Positions 52,066-64,000 of a stretch of DNA of 64,000 bases are shown here, piece after piece. Below the pieces are notes generated by a model. That model was not told the DNA's origin. It was given only the letters and a program-made list of their open reading frames with translations, and made no database searches. This DNA is from Microbotryum violaceum (taxonomy: Eukaryota), in the NCBI GenBank assembly GCA_001244265.2, contig CDLV01000005.1, forward strand, positions 124,001-188,000, written 5' to 3'. Within the stretch, counting starts at the first letter, position 1. Each line of letters opens with the position of its first letter. The translations under genes and the position numbers were made by a program.

Positions 52066-54060
52066 CCTGTGGTACTCGGGATCTCGGGATCCCGTCGCGT
52101 GCAGCAAAGTCGGAAATGAGACCCCTGATGTCGGAAATGAGATAGGACTCCTGATCGTTGTGGAACTCGGGATCCCGTCGCGTGCCGCAAAGTCGGAAAT
52201 GAGATGGGACTCTTGATCTCGTCGGCTGAATCAGAGTACTCGGGTCACGCGGGCGACGGCTAATTCGGTGGTCTCGGGGATCGGGCTGGAGTCGCCTAGT
52301 CGGGAAGTGCAGATTCGGCTAACTCGGCCTAGCGCCACATGAGCGGATAAAAGTTCAGGACGAAGTATGGCGTGATCGGAGGGCCGAGTGTCGGAAAAGA
52401 GGAGGAAGCTGGCCCAGAGGGATTGGAGTGTCCTGGCGTCGGAGAGGAGTTTGCTTCTTGTTCTTAGGAAGACCACTTCTAGGATCCGATACAGCATCTT
52501 AGCTGGTTCTCACTTTCTGTGTGTTTCGTTCTCGTACTCGGTCTCGTTTTCCCTTGTCATTTCATATCATCTTTGATCGACCGCTTTGCTATACCATAAT
52601 CCCCTGTGATGTTACAGTCGAACCGGTCAGTTAATCATGCTGCCCTGCGCTTTGCTTTTGAAAGATTGGCACACACCTGCCAGCGCGACTGCCACGGGAT
52701 GGTGAGCCGCAGTCAGTTTTTCCGCTGTATCACTGACGTCCAATGTCTGTTTTTCGTAGCAGCTTGTCCGTCATATCTAAGACTGCACAGCCATGTCAAG
52801 GGATAACTCACGCATGCAGTGTCACCAGCCGACGGTGAAGAAACGACTCAAGGGTTGACATTCAAAGAGGACGTGTTGAAGGGAATTTCTGCTTGATAGT
52901 TTTCCATTAGCTTCTGAACAATCCCACACCAAGAGACAGGATGGGGATGAAGGTGGCCGGTATGGTATAGCAAAGCGTTCGATCAAAGATGATATGGAAT
53001 GATAAGGGAAAACGGTGGAACCGAGACCGAAGACGAGGAAGACGAGAGACGAGAGACGACAGACGACAGACGACAGACGAGAGAGAGAGCGACAGGAACG
53101 GCCGAGAGACGAGACGATGAAGGGGCCCAAACCGAGAAACGAGACCGAGAACGAGAACAAAACGCTGAGACTGGAGACTGGAGACGAGAGACGAGGCCGA
53201 ACGAGACTTGAAACACGCAGAAAGGAAGAACCAGCTAAGCTGCTGTATTGGATCCTAGAAGTGGTCTACCTAAAAACAAGAAGCAAACTCTCCTCAAACG
53301 TTCCGACCATTCAAACCGCTGCGCTCCTTTCATTCCCCTTCATCCCTTCAACCGCGCATCCGGCCCCACTCAAATCCCGCCACATGATTCGTCGCTGAAA
53401 GTCAAGCCTCGAGTCACCGAAGTACTGAGTTTATCCGGGACCGCTGAACCGCTGAGAAATCTGCCAAAACCGGCGTTTTGGCCCTGCCCGGACTAGGGAA
53501 ACTGAAACGACTCCCGATTCGGCTCTCGAAACGACTTCGGAACTCGACCCTGCTTCAACCGAAACGACTTCGGAACTCGACGCTGCTTCGATCGAAACAT
53601 TCCGCTACAGCCGCTGCTTCCGACGGAATCCCGAGTGTCAAGGATAGCTGGTTTCACCGTCCTCATCCGATTACAACATCTAAGTTGGTTCTTGGGATTG
53701 AGCCCAACGTGCCTTCATTTGGCCCGTTGGTATCTCAATCTCCCAGCTCTAATTGTCTCCTTAGTTCCTCTATTATTGCAGCGCTTTACTAGTTAGCCTT
53801 CCGCAAGTCTGTCCCCTAGTCTCTGGCCACTCTGTTCTTGTCCCTGTTCATTGGACTGAGTCGTGGTCATCATCAGATTCCACTAGAGAACAAACCGTGA
53901 AACCGAGTACCACAGACCCCGCTAAAATGACGCGATCCCGCTACAACCGAAATGACTCCTGACGGATCCCGCTATGTCCGAAATGACTCCGACGGGATCC
54001 CGAGACAACCTGAACCCGGCCCGCTATGTCGGAAATGTCTCCGACGGGATCCCGGGTACA
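52066..54060. mobile_element. Long degenerate inverted-repeat (foldback-like) structure with subterminal repeats, copy 1
   Basis: 52448-52598 is inverted relative to 52961-53292 (the latter with a GAGAC/GACGA expansion). CTGTGGTACTCGG (52067) pairs with CCGAGTACCACAG (53903). Repeated GGGATCCCGTCG and GTCGGAAATG motifs at both ends. Confidence 0.6.
53636..53902. mobile_element. Solo LTR (267 bp), diverged member of the 13953 family, copy 1
   Basis: Starts TGTCA, ends TGAAA (degenerate TGACA); 5-bp TSD CCGAG at 53631-53635 and 53903-53907; shares the ~60-bp core with the other LTRs. Confidence 0.85.
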
Positions 54061-54089
54061 TACCACACCGGTCCGGCGATCTTGCACAC

Positions 54090-54490
54090 GTAGTTGGAGG
54101 GGAACTAAATATCTCAAAGGTCATATAGACCGAGCTCAACAAGATGTTGTAGTCGTATGTTCCGGTCATGTTGAGGTCAGCCTCGAGACCAGCGAGGCGC
54201 GCACTGCAGGACAAGGTCCCGAAAGATGTGAGTACCGAGATTAGAATTTCAAACTCCCTGAGCAATCCACACACATGCCAATGTTTGTTCGATCGTTGAC
54301 GCTATGCTGTCTTGGTAGTAGATCAGAGAGCAGACCGAACTCTTTTCGGGCACTCACCAAAGCAGGTGATGGATGGCCACGGTGAAGATCAAGCTTCCAC
54401 CGAAGTTCCGCTTCCGCCTTTTCATCGGCGGCAATCAACGAGTTTACGTGAATATCTGTCGCCTCAAGTCCCTCCAGTGCAATCGAGTGG
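54090..54490 (-). pseudogene. MFS transporter (Dal5/allantoate-ACS family) N-terminal fragment, copy 1
   Basis: DEKAEAELRWKLDL, DRTNIG, ARLAGLEADLNMTGTYDYNILLS; truncated and frameshifted. Confidence 0.7.
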
Positions 54491-54970
54491 ACTTTGAGCG
54501 TGAATGGAGACGGTACGGATGTTAGTATCTCTTTGGTAGGGTTCGTGACTGGCCGTCGCGAATGCTCGCTCACCTTTATGGAGTTGCAGCTTGTCCGATC
54601 AATGATCATCACTGCGATAACTCGGAAGCGGTGTCTAAATCGCTAGTAATGACCGTGCATCAGCTTGCGTCGTCTTTTACGAATTTTCGGAGTCGGTGTC
54701 TCACGAGATCATGAAACCCAGGCAGAGGTGAGGGCTGGCCGCTAAAAACCAATTGAAACTCGTTCTCATACTTGGATAAGCCCGTCGCCTCGGAACTCAT
54801 CTCCGAGCTTCGTGGCAACGGCTCGAGCTCGAGGAAGGCTCTTGGTGCTCAAACGGCAGGGCCACTACCATCTAGCTCAATATTTTCATCGTGGCCAACC
54901 CAACATAGATCGTCACTCTAGGCTGTAGCTTGCTCGTTCTTGATCGCGCATCGCCGCTGTCGGCGCAACT

Positions 54971-55395
54971 GAATTTAACCGTGGCTGCAGTGAGTATCTT
55001 GACTCCTGTCTCTGCGGAAATGCCGGGTATTGATCGCATTGCCTCCATTCCTTCAAGCTACGTTCCTGTCAAAGTCGACTATACCGACCTCATTCCAATC
55101 ATGGCCTTCTTTATGGGCGACCTCGAGGGACGCGGGGCGCATGATTACTTGGGCGAGCGGATAGCTACACGGGGCCGGCTCTGGACCGAAATGTATTGGC
55201 GGTACGAGGATATGCAAGCGTGTGAGTTCCACCTTCCCCTCACTTCAAGAAGAGCCCGGAAATCTGAAAAGTGGGTTCACTGATCATCTCAAGATGCGGC
55301 TGGCAGACTTCCTGCGCTTGGTACTCGAGTACGGACGAGTCTCGAGCAAAGAGTATCCGACCGACACGCGATTCGATTATATTGCTTCAGTATAG
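54971..55395 (+). pseudogene. Duplicated 3' exons of GT90 paralogue C (no 5' part)
   Basis: Near-identical to 49147-49571. Confidence 0.88.
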
Positions 55396-55667
55396 GCGGA
55401 GACATCGTGGGGTTTATCTTTTATCCGTATTTGCTTTTGATTGTCTTGCAATCAAGTGTGTATCGCAGTAGCCTACCGTTGTCAAAGCCAGGTATCCCCT
55501 TTCGGGAAAGAGCAATCTGCACGGTATTGCAAGGATGTGAACATCTCCAGGTATAGAATCAGATGGCTACGAAAATTATATGGTTTCGAAAACGTCCTGC
55601 TAGTGCTGTACTGGGGGTAGGCAAGAGCTACTACGTGCGCTTGGAAGCCAGGCCCCCTTTACCCTTC

Positions 55668-56710
55668 TCATTCACCCCGGAGCACGTTCACGGTCACTAT
55701 CGAAACATTACCGTCGGTACGGATGGAGTGGTTGATTCCATGTTTCTTGTGGGGGGGTAAGAACGTGAGGTTTTGACTCGTCGCGAAGAACCTTATCTGG
55801 GAGGCAGGAGAGACCGTTCCGTTGTGGGACGTTGCGTTGCCTACGAATTCGTCCCGACCACGATCGTATCCGTTGGGTACAATATTGTGTCCCTCGCCAA
55901 GCGATTTCTCGACCGAGGCGGCGAGGAACCAAGCACTGGAGTTTGCCTTGGGGCCGTTCTGTTGCCAGTAACGAAAATGCGGGCCACCTTTAACGATCTC
56001 CGTCCATGTGCCAAGCTGGAGGTCAAAGTAATCGTATCGAAGCAGGTCGGTTTGATTATCTAATCGTACCAATAAACATTAGCATGGCTGGGAATGCAAG
56101 AGGTCCCGGCTCTGGAACCCCTGATTGACACCTTACGACGTCCAACGACCGCACTCACGTGGTCCGTTCCCATCGCCGAGGTCGGCGAGTTGCTTCCCAC
56201 CGAGTGTGATATCGCCGGGTTGAATCGCGTATTGAATCGACAAGCACCAATCTTGGAAGCCGTGTTCGGTCAGGATGTAAGAATCCGAGTTGCCGGAGAT
56301 GACGATGTTGATGGGTTCGCCGAGAGAGCCGTTATGGGCCGCGTACTTTTGCGGATCGAGTACATGGATCAGCGTCTGAGTGTATGAGAAGCACAGCAGC
56401 CCGACTGCGGACTCTCTCCGGAGTGTCTCATGCGAACGACCTGTGCGCCGCGTTCGGCGTCCCTAGAGCGCCACGCTGCCTGGAGCTGGGGTTCACGGGA
56501 ACGGCCTCAAGCAACTGCACTCACCGTCAGCCACCTGCCCCCACCATCCTTAACGTCGTAGAATCCCAATCCTTGGTAGCCCTTAGGTTCGCTATCACTG
56601 AGCGCGGCCGTGAGGCGAGGCGCGGCGTTGACTGAAAGAGGGCTCAAGCTGACGAGGGCGACAAGGGCCGAGAGGAGGGGTATCGCACGGAAGCGGCTGT
56701 TGAGCGCCAT
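55668..56710 (-). CDS. Secreted protein of unknown function, copy 2
   Basis: Repeat copy of 49844-50886; last exon in frame to ...DGNVSIVTVNVLRGE*. Confidence 0.72.
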
Positions 56711-56917
56711 GCCTTTGTCGAAGGCCAAGGATCTGATGACCCTGTTGTGATGTAACTGATTGTGGTATCTGAAGCTGACCGAGGAAAAGAGAAGGAAGAA
56801 ACCGGTAGGAGGGAGAAGTGTCTCTGCCGAATGACACGATGTCAGACTTTGTCTTAGAACAAGACTAGTTGCGAAAGAGCGCCAGTTTCGGCATGTCTCC
56901 TGTCTACGGAGTGAGAT

Positions 56918-57159
56918 AGGACCCTGGAAAGCTCAGCCGAAGGTGCGTCTCGAAAAACCCCGTTTTTAGGCCGATTTTGTACACCGAATATCCCTATATA
57001 AGGGTGTATGTATTCCGGTGTAAAACCAGATTATCGGGTTGTGTTGAAAAAGTTACTCTACCATGAAAAATCACGTCATGTAGCATATCACAAGGCATAA
57101 ATGGGCCCGAAAAGTACAGATCTCCGAGACGCACATTGGGCTGAGCTTTCCCGGGTCCT
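56918..57159. mobile_element. hAT-like MITE, copy 2
   Basis: Same TIRs and AGTGAGAT TSD. Confidence 0.85.
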
Positions 57160-59458
57160 AGTGAGATCTACACGGGCAACCCTATGGGGATCCGTTTCTG
57201 GTTTCCGTAAGTCCGGCTGGCGGGGCGGGTCGTATGGATTCCGTAGTCTAACAGACTAGAATGATCGGAATTACAATCCACTTCTCGCCAAATCCCATAT
57301 TTCGGCATGAGAAACACAACAGACGACCGGTACATGCTCTGAGGTCTTATATAACCTTTTCATCCGTGATATTTGCTGACAAGTCGATGTTGTCATGTTT
57401 TACAAACTATAAGAAATCCAGCAGGAAAACGCATGCGAGGGTTGACATTCAAAGAAGACGTGTTGAAGGGAATTGCTGCTTGGTAGTTTCCCATTAGCTC
57501 CCGAACAATCCCACACCAAGAGCACAATTCATGAAGTTACTTACTCGAATCCGTAGCTATACTGCATGCTGCAGCCGTTTCTTTGAGAAAACTTGTCCCG
57601 TATTCGTTGTAGAGCTTCCACGATGACCGCTTCAGGTGTCGCGAGCTCGAGGCCAATTTGTCTCGAGCACAGTTCGGGTCGGCCCACCAGTTCAATGTCC
57701 GCATGTTTGTTTGCGCTTGCACCGTGCCGCTGTTAGTATAGGTAGGGTCTAAAAGTCAGGCAAGGACTAATACTTACAGAGAGATGCAGTACCTCAACTT
57801 TCCCCCTAGAAGTCAGCATTGATGATGCAAGCGTCGACGATTTGTGTAGGCGATGACTTGGGAATAACGGGAAGGCATGGCTTCGGATCCTGTGGTACTC
57901 GGGATCTCGGGATCCCGTCGCGTGCAGCAAAGTCGGAAATGAGACCCCTGATGTCGGAAATGAGATAGGACTCCTGATCGTTGTGGAACTCGGGATCCCG
58001 TCGCGTGCCGCAAAGTCGGAAATGAGATGGGACTCTTGATCTCGTCGGCTGAATCAGAGTACTCGGGTCACGCGGGCGACGGCTAATTCGGTGGTCTCGG
58101 GGATCGGGCTGGAGTCGCCTAGTCGGGAAGTGCAGATTCGGCTAACTCGGCCTAGCGCCACATGAGCGGATAAAAGTTCAGGACGAAGTATGGCGTGATC
58201 GGAGGGCCGAGTGTCGGAAAAGAGGAGGAAGCTGGCCCAGAGGGATTGGAGTGTCCTGGCGTCGGAGAGGAGTTTGCTTCTTGTTCTTAGGAAGACCACT
58301 TCTAGGATCCGATACAGCATCTTAGCTGGTTCTCACTTTCTGTGTGTTTCGTTCTCGTACTCGGTCTCGTTTTCCCTTGTCATTTCATATCATCTTTGAT
58401 CGACCGCTTTGCTATACCATAATCCCCTGTGATGTTACAGTCGAACCGGTCAGTTAATCATGCTGCCCTGCGCTTTGCTTTTGAAAGATTGGCACACACC
58501 TGCCAGCGCGACTGCCACGGGATGGTGAGCCGCAGTCAGTTTTTCCGCTGTATCACTGACGTCCAATGTCTGTTTTTCGTAGCAGCTTGTCCGTCATATC
58601 TAAGACTGCACAGCCATGTCAAGGGATAACTCACGCATGCAGTGTCACCAGCCGACGGTGAAGAAACGACTCAAGGGTTGACATTCAAAGAGGACGTGTT
58701 GAAGGGAATTTCTGCTTGATAGTTTTCCATTAGCTTCTGAACAATCCCACACCAAGAGACAGGATGGGGATGAAGGTGGCCGGTATGGTATAGCAAAGCG
58801 TTCGATCAAAGATGATATGGAATGATAAGGGAAAACGGTGGAACCGAGACCGAAGACGAGGAAGACGAGAGACGAGAGACGACAGACGACAGACGACAGA
58901 CGAGAGAGAGAGCGACAGGAACGGCCGAGAGACGAGACGATGAAGGGGCCCAAACCGAGAAACGAGACCGAGAACGAGAACAAAACGCTGAGACTGGAGA
59001 CTGGAGACGAGAGACGAGGCCGAACGAGACTTGAAACACGCAGAAAGGAAGAACCAGCTAAGCTGCTGTATTGGATCCTAGAAGTGGTCTACCTAAAAAC
59101 AAGAAGCAAACTCTCCTCAAACGTTCCGACCATTCAAACCGCTGCGCTCCTTTCATTCCCCTTCATCCCTTCAACCGCGCATCCGGCCCCACTCAAATCC
59201 CGCCACATGATTCGTCGCTGAAAGTCAAGCCTCGAGTCACCGAAGTACTGAGTTTATCCGGGACCGCTGAACCGCTGAGAAATCTGCCAAAACCGGCGTT
59301 TTGGCCCTGCCCGGACTAGGGAAACTGAAACGACTCCCGATTCGGCTCTCGAAACGACTTCGGAACTCGACCCTGCTTCAACCGAAACGACTTCGGAACT
59401 CGACGCTGCTTCGATCGAAACATTCCGCTACAGCCGCTGCTTCCGACGGAATCCCGAG

Positions 59459-59724
59459 TGTCAAGGATAGCTGGTTTCACCGTCCTCATCCGATTACAAC
59501 ATCTAAGTTGGTTCTTGGATTGAGCCCAACGTGCCTTCATTTGGCCCGTTGGTATCTCAATCTCCCAGCTCTAATTGTCTCCTTAGTTCCTCTATTATTG
59601 CAGCGCTTTACTAGTTAGCCTTCCGCAAGTCTGTCCCCTAGTCTCTGGCCACTCTGTTCTTGTCCCTGTTCATTGGACTGAGTCGTGGTCATCATCAGAT
59701 TCCACTAGAGAACAAACCGTGAAA
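59459..59724. mobile_element. Solo LTR, copy 2
   Basis: Same termini and CCGAG TSD as 53636-53902. Confidence 0.85.
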
Positions 59725-59911
59725 CCGAGTACCACAGACCCCGCTAAAATGACGCGATCCCGCTACAACCGAAATGACTCCTGACGGATCCCGCTATGTC
59801 CGAAATGACTCCGACGGGATCCCGAGACAACCTGAACCCGGCCCGCTATGTCGGAAATGTCTCCGACGGGATCCCGGGTACATACCACACCGGTCCGGCG
59901 ATCTTGCACAC

Positions 59912-60312
59912 GTAGTTGGAGGGGAACTAAATATCTCAAAGGTCATATAGACCGAGCTCAACAAGATGTTGTAGTCGTATGTTCCGGTCATGTTGAGGTC
60001 AGCCTCGAGACCAGCGAGGCGCGCACTGCAGGACAAGGTCCCGAAAGATGTGAGTACCGAGATTAGAATTTCAAACTCCCTGAGCAATCCACACACATGC
60101 CAATGTTTGTTCGATCGTTGACGCTATGCTGTCTTGGTAGTAGATCAGAGAGCAGACCGAACTCTTTTCGGGCACTCACCAAAGCAGGTGATGGATGGCC
60201 ACGGTGAAGATCAAGCTTCCACCGAAGTTCCGCTTCCGCCTTTTCATCGGCGGCAATCAACGAGTTTACGTGAATATCTGTCGCCTCAAGTCCCTCCAGT
60301 GCAATCGAGTGG
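59912..60312 (-). pseudogene. MFS transporter fragment, copy 2
   Basis: Repeat copy of 54090-54490. Confidence 0.7.
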
Positions 60313-60792
60313 ACTTTGAGCGTGAATGGAGACGGTACGGATGTTAGTATCTCTTTGGTAGGGTTCGTGACTGGCCGTCGCGAATGCTCGCTCACCTTTA
60401 TGGAGTTGCAGCTTGTCCGATCAATGATCATCACTGCGATAACTCGGAAGCGGTGTCTAAATCGCTAGTAATGACCGTGCATCAGCTTGCGTCGTCTTTT
60501 ACGAATTTTCGGAGTCGGTGTCTCACGAGATCATGAAACCCAGGCAGAGGTGAGGGCTGGCCGCTAAAAACCAATTGAAACTCGTTCTCATACTTGGATA
60601 AGCCCGTCGCCTCGGAACTCATCTCCGAGCTTCGTGGCAACGGCTCGAGCTCGAGGAAGGCTCTTGGTGCTCAAACGGCAGGGCCACTACCATCTAGCTC
60701 AATATTTTCATCGTGGCCAACCCAACATAGATCGTCACTCTAGGCTGTAGCTTGCTCGTTCTTGATCGCGCATCGCCGCTGTCGGCGCAACT

Positions 60793-61217
60793 GAATTTAA
60801 CCGTGGCTGCAGTGAGTATCTTGACTCCTGTCTCTGCGGAAATGCCGGGTATTGATCGCATTGCCTCCATTCCTTCAAGCTACGTTCCTGTCAAAGTCGA
60901 CTATACCGACCTCATTCCAATCATGGCCTTCTTTATGGGCGACCTCGAGGGACGCGGGGCGCATGATTACTTGGGCGAGCGGATAGCTACACGGGGCCGG
61001 CTCTGGACCGAAATGTATTGGCGGTACGAGGATATGCAAGCGTGTGAGTTCCACCTTCCCCTCACTTCAAGAAGAGCCCGGAAATCTGAAAAGTGGGTTC
61101 ACTGATCATCTCAAGATGCGGCTGGCAGACTTCCTGCGCTTGGTACTCGAGTACGGACGAGTCTCGAGCAAAGAGTATCCGACCGACACGCGATTCGATT
61201 ATATTGCTTCAGTATAG
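60793..61217 (+). pseudogene. Duplicated 3' exons of GT90 paralogue C (third copy)
   Basis: Repeat copy of 54971-55395. Confidence 0.88.
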
Positions 61218-61489
61218 GCGGAGACATCGTGGGGTTTATCTTTTATCCGTATTTGCTTTTGATTGTCTTGCAATCAAGTGTGTATCGCAGTAGCCTACCG
61301 TTGTCAAAGCCAGGTATCCCCTTTCGGGAAAGAGCAATCTGCACGGTATTGCAAGGATGTGAACATCTCCAGGTATAGAATCAGATGGCTACGAAAATTA
61401 TATGGTTTCGAAAACGTCCTGCTAGTGCTGTACTGGGGGTAGGCAAGAGCTACTACGTGCGCTTGGAAGCCAGGCCCCCTTTACCCTTC

Positions 61490-62532
61490 TCATTCACCCC
61501 GGAGCACGTTCACGGTCACTATCGAAACATTACCGTCGGTACGGATGGAGTGGTTGATTCCATGTTTCTTGTGGGGGGGTAAGAACGTGAGGTTTTGACT
61601 CGTCGCGAAGAACCTTATCTGGGAGGCAGGAGAGACCGTTCCGTTGTGGGACGTTGCGTTGCCTACGAATTCGTCCCGACCACGATCGTATCCGTTGGGT
61701 ACAATATTGTGTCCCTCGCCAAGCGATTTCTCGACCGAGGCGGCGAGGAACCAAGCACTGGAGTTTGCCTTGGGGCCGTTCTGTTGCCAGTAACGAAAAT
61801 GCGGGCCACCTTTAACGATCTCCGTCCATGTGCCAAGCTGGAGGTCAAAGTAATCGTATCGAAGCAGGTCGGTTTGATTATCTAATCGTACCAATAAACA
61901 TTAGCATGGCTGGGAATGCAAGAGGTCCCGGCTCTGGAACCCCTGATTGACACCTTACGACGTCCAACGACCGCACTCACGTGGTCCGTTCCCATCGCCG
62001 AGGTCGGCGAGTTGCTTCCCACCGAGTGTGATATCGCCGGGTTGAATCGCGTATTGAATCGACAAGCACCAATCTTGGAAGCCGTGTTCGGTCAGGATGT
62101 AAGAATCCGAGTTGCCGGAGATGACGATGTTGATGGGTTCGCCGAGAGAGCCGTTATGGGCCGCGTACTTTTGCGGATCGAGTACATGGATCAGCGTCTG
62201 AGTGTATGAGAAGCACAGCAGCCCGACTGCGGACTCTCTCCGGAGTGTCTCATGCGAACGACCTGTGCGCCGCGTTCGGCGTCCCTAGAGCGCCACGCTG
62301 CCTGGAGCTGGGGTTCACGGGAACGGCCTCAAGCAACTGCACTCACCGTCAGCCACCTGCCCCCACCATCCTTAACGTCGTAGAATCCCAATCCTTGGTA
62401 GCCCTTAGGTTCGCTATCACTGAGCGCGGCCGTGAGGCGAGGCGCGGCGTTGACTGAAAGAGGGCTCAAGCTGACGAGGGCGACAAGGGCCGAGAGGAGG
62501 GGTATCGCACGGAAGCGGCTGTTGAGCGCCAT
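61490..62532 (-). CDS. Secreted protein of unknown function, copy 3
   Basis: Repeat copy of 55668-56710. Confidence 0.72.
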
Positions 62533-62738
62533 GCCTTTGTCGAAGCCAAGGATCTGATGACCCTGTTGTGATGTAACTGATTGTGGTATCTGAAGCTGAC
62601 CGAGGAAAAGAGAAGGAAGAAACCGGTAGGAGGGAGAAGTGTCTCTGCCGAATGACACGATGTCAGACTTTGTCTTAGAACAAGACTAGTTGCGAAAGAG
62701 CGCCAGTTTCGGCATGTCTCCTGTCTACGGAGTGAGAT

Positions 62739-62980
62739 AGGACCCTGGAAAGCTCAGCCGAAGGTGCGTCTCGAAAAACCCCGTTTTTAGGCCGATTTTG
62801 TACACCGAATATCCCTATATAAGGGTGTATGTATTCCGGTGTAAAACCAGATTATCGGGTTGTGTTGAAAAAGTTACTCTACCATGAAAAATCACGTCAT
62901 GTAGCATATCACAAGGCATAAATGGGCCCGAAAAGTACAGATCTCCGAGACGCACATTGGGCTGAGCTTTCCCGGGTCCT
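62739..62980. mobile_element. hAT-like MITE, copy 3
   Basis: Same TIRs and AGTGAGAT TSD. Confidence 0.85.
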
Positions 62981-64000
62981 AGTGAGATCTACACGGGCAA
63001 CCCTATGGGGATCCGTTTCTGGTTTCCGTAAGTCCGGCTGGCGGGGCGGGTCGTATGGATTCCGTAGTCTAACAGACTAGAATGATCGGAATTACAATCC
63101 ACTTCTCGCCAAATCCCATATTTCGGCATGAGAAACACAACAGACGACCGGTACATGCTCTGAGGTCTTATATAACCTTTTCATCCGTGATATTTGCTGA
63201 CAAGTCGATGTTGTCATGTTTTACAAACTATAAGAAATCCAGCAGGAAAACGCATGCGAGGGTTGACATTCAAAGAAGACGTGTTGAAGGGAATTGCTGC
63301 TTGGTAGTTTCCCATTAGCTCCCGAACAATCCCACACCAAGAGCACAATTCATGAAGTTACTTACTCGAATCCGTAGCTATACTGCATGCTGCAGCCGTT
63401 TCTTTGAGAAAACTTGTCCCGTATTCGTTGTAGAGCTTCCACGATGACCGCTTCAGGTGTCGCGAGCTCGAGGCCAATTTGTCTCGAGCACAGTTCGGGT
63501 CGGCCCACCAGTTCAATGTCCGCATGTTTGTTTGCGCTTGCACCGTGCCGCTGTTAGTATAGGTAGGGTCTAAAAGTCAGGCAAGGACTAATACTTACAG
63601 AGAGATGCAGTACCTCAACTTTCCCCCTAGAAGTCAGCATTGATGATGCAAGCGTCGACGATTTGTGTAGGCGATGACTTGGGAATAACGGGAAGGCATG
63701 GCTTCGGATCCTGTGGTACTCGGGATCTCGGGATCCCGTCGCGTGCAGCAAAGTCGGAAATGAGACCCCTGATGTCGGAAATGAGATAGGACTCCTGATC
63801 GTTGTGGAACTCGGGATCCCGTCGCGTGCCGCAAAGTCGGAAATGAGATGGGACTCTTGATCTCGTCGGCTGAATCAGAGTACTCGGGTCACGCGGGCGA
63901 CGGCTAATTCGGTGGTCTCGGGGATCGGGCTGGAGTCGCCTAGTCGGGAAGTGCAGATTCGGCTAACTCGGCCTAGCGCCACATGAGCGGATAAAAGTTC

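Larger units (their letters stand above)
49147..64000 (+). repeat. Tandem segmental amplification, unit ~5822-5824 bp (49147-54970, 54971-60792, 60793->64000)
   Basis: The ORF track and sequence recur at offsets of 5824 and 5822. Differences seen are mainly 1-bp homopolymer indels, plus 3 substitutions in the first ~45 bp. Confidence 0.97.

Noticed and set aside
52822-53216. ORFs over the GAGAC/GACGA-rich tract
   Set aside because: Low-complexity simple-repeat translations within a repeat arm.

Overview
Intron-rich fungal DNA; the gene set and splice sites suggest a basidiomycete yeast, possibly Pucciniomycotina/Microbotryomycetes (inference). The window has four zones. (1) 1-12.6 kb is repeat-rich: an LTR fragment, a nested foldback element and a head-to-tail stack of three divergent, 5'-truncated L1/Tx1-type non-LTR retrotransposons. 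The stack's 5' end lies ~60-75 bp upstream of an intron-containing tRNA-Ala(TGC) gene, resembling tRNA-gene-targeted integration by Dictyostelium TRE5. (2) 13-31 kb holds a phenol 2-monooxygenase pseudogene with an intronic solo LTR, an Sfh1/Snf5 gene, a long-chain alcohol oxidase, a CRAL-TRIO protein, a hypothetical protein and an Est1/SMG7-family gene. (3) 31-49.6 kb holds three GT90 (CAP10-like) glycosyltransferases, UDP-galactopyranose mutase, a GT23/fucosyltransferase-like protein and mitochondrial MDH; this is a candidate glycan-biosynthesis cluster. (4) From 49.1 kb to the end is a near-identical tandem amplification (~5.82 kb unit, >=2.5 copies). Each unit carries a secreted-protein gene, a hAT-like MITE, a foldback structure, a solo LTR and gene fragments. 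Several frameshifts are single-base losses in short G/C runs and may be assembly errors. Exon boundaries were read by eye; CDS coordinates are gene spans.
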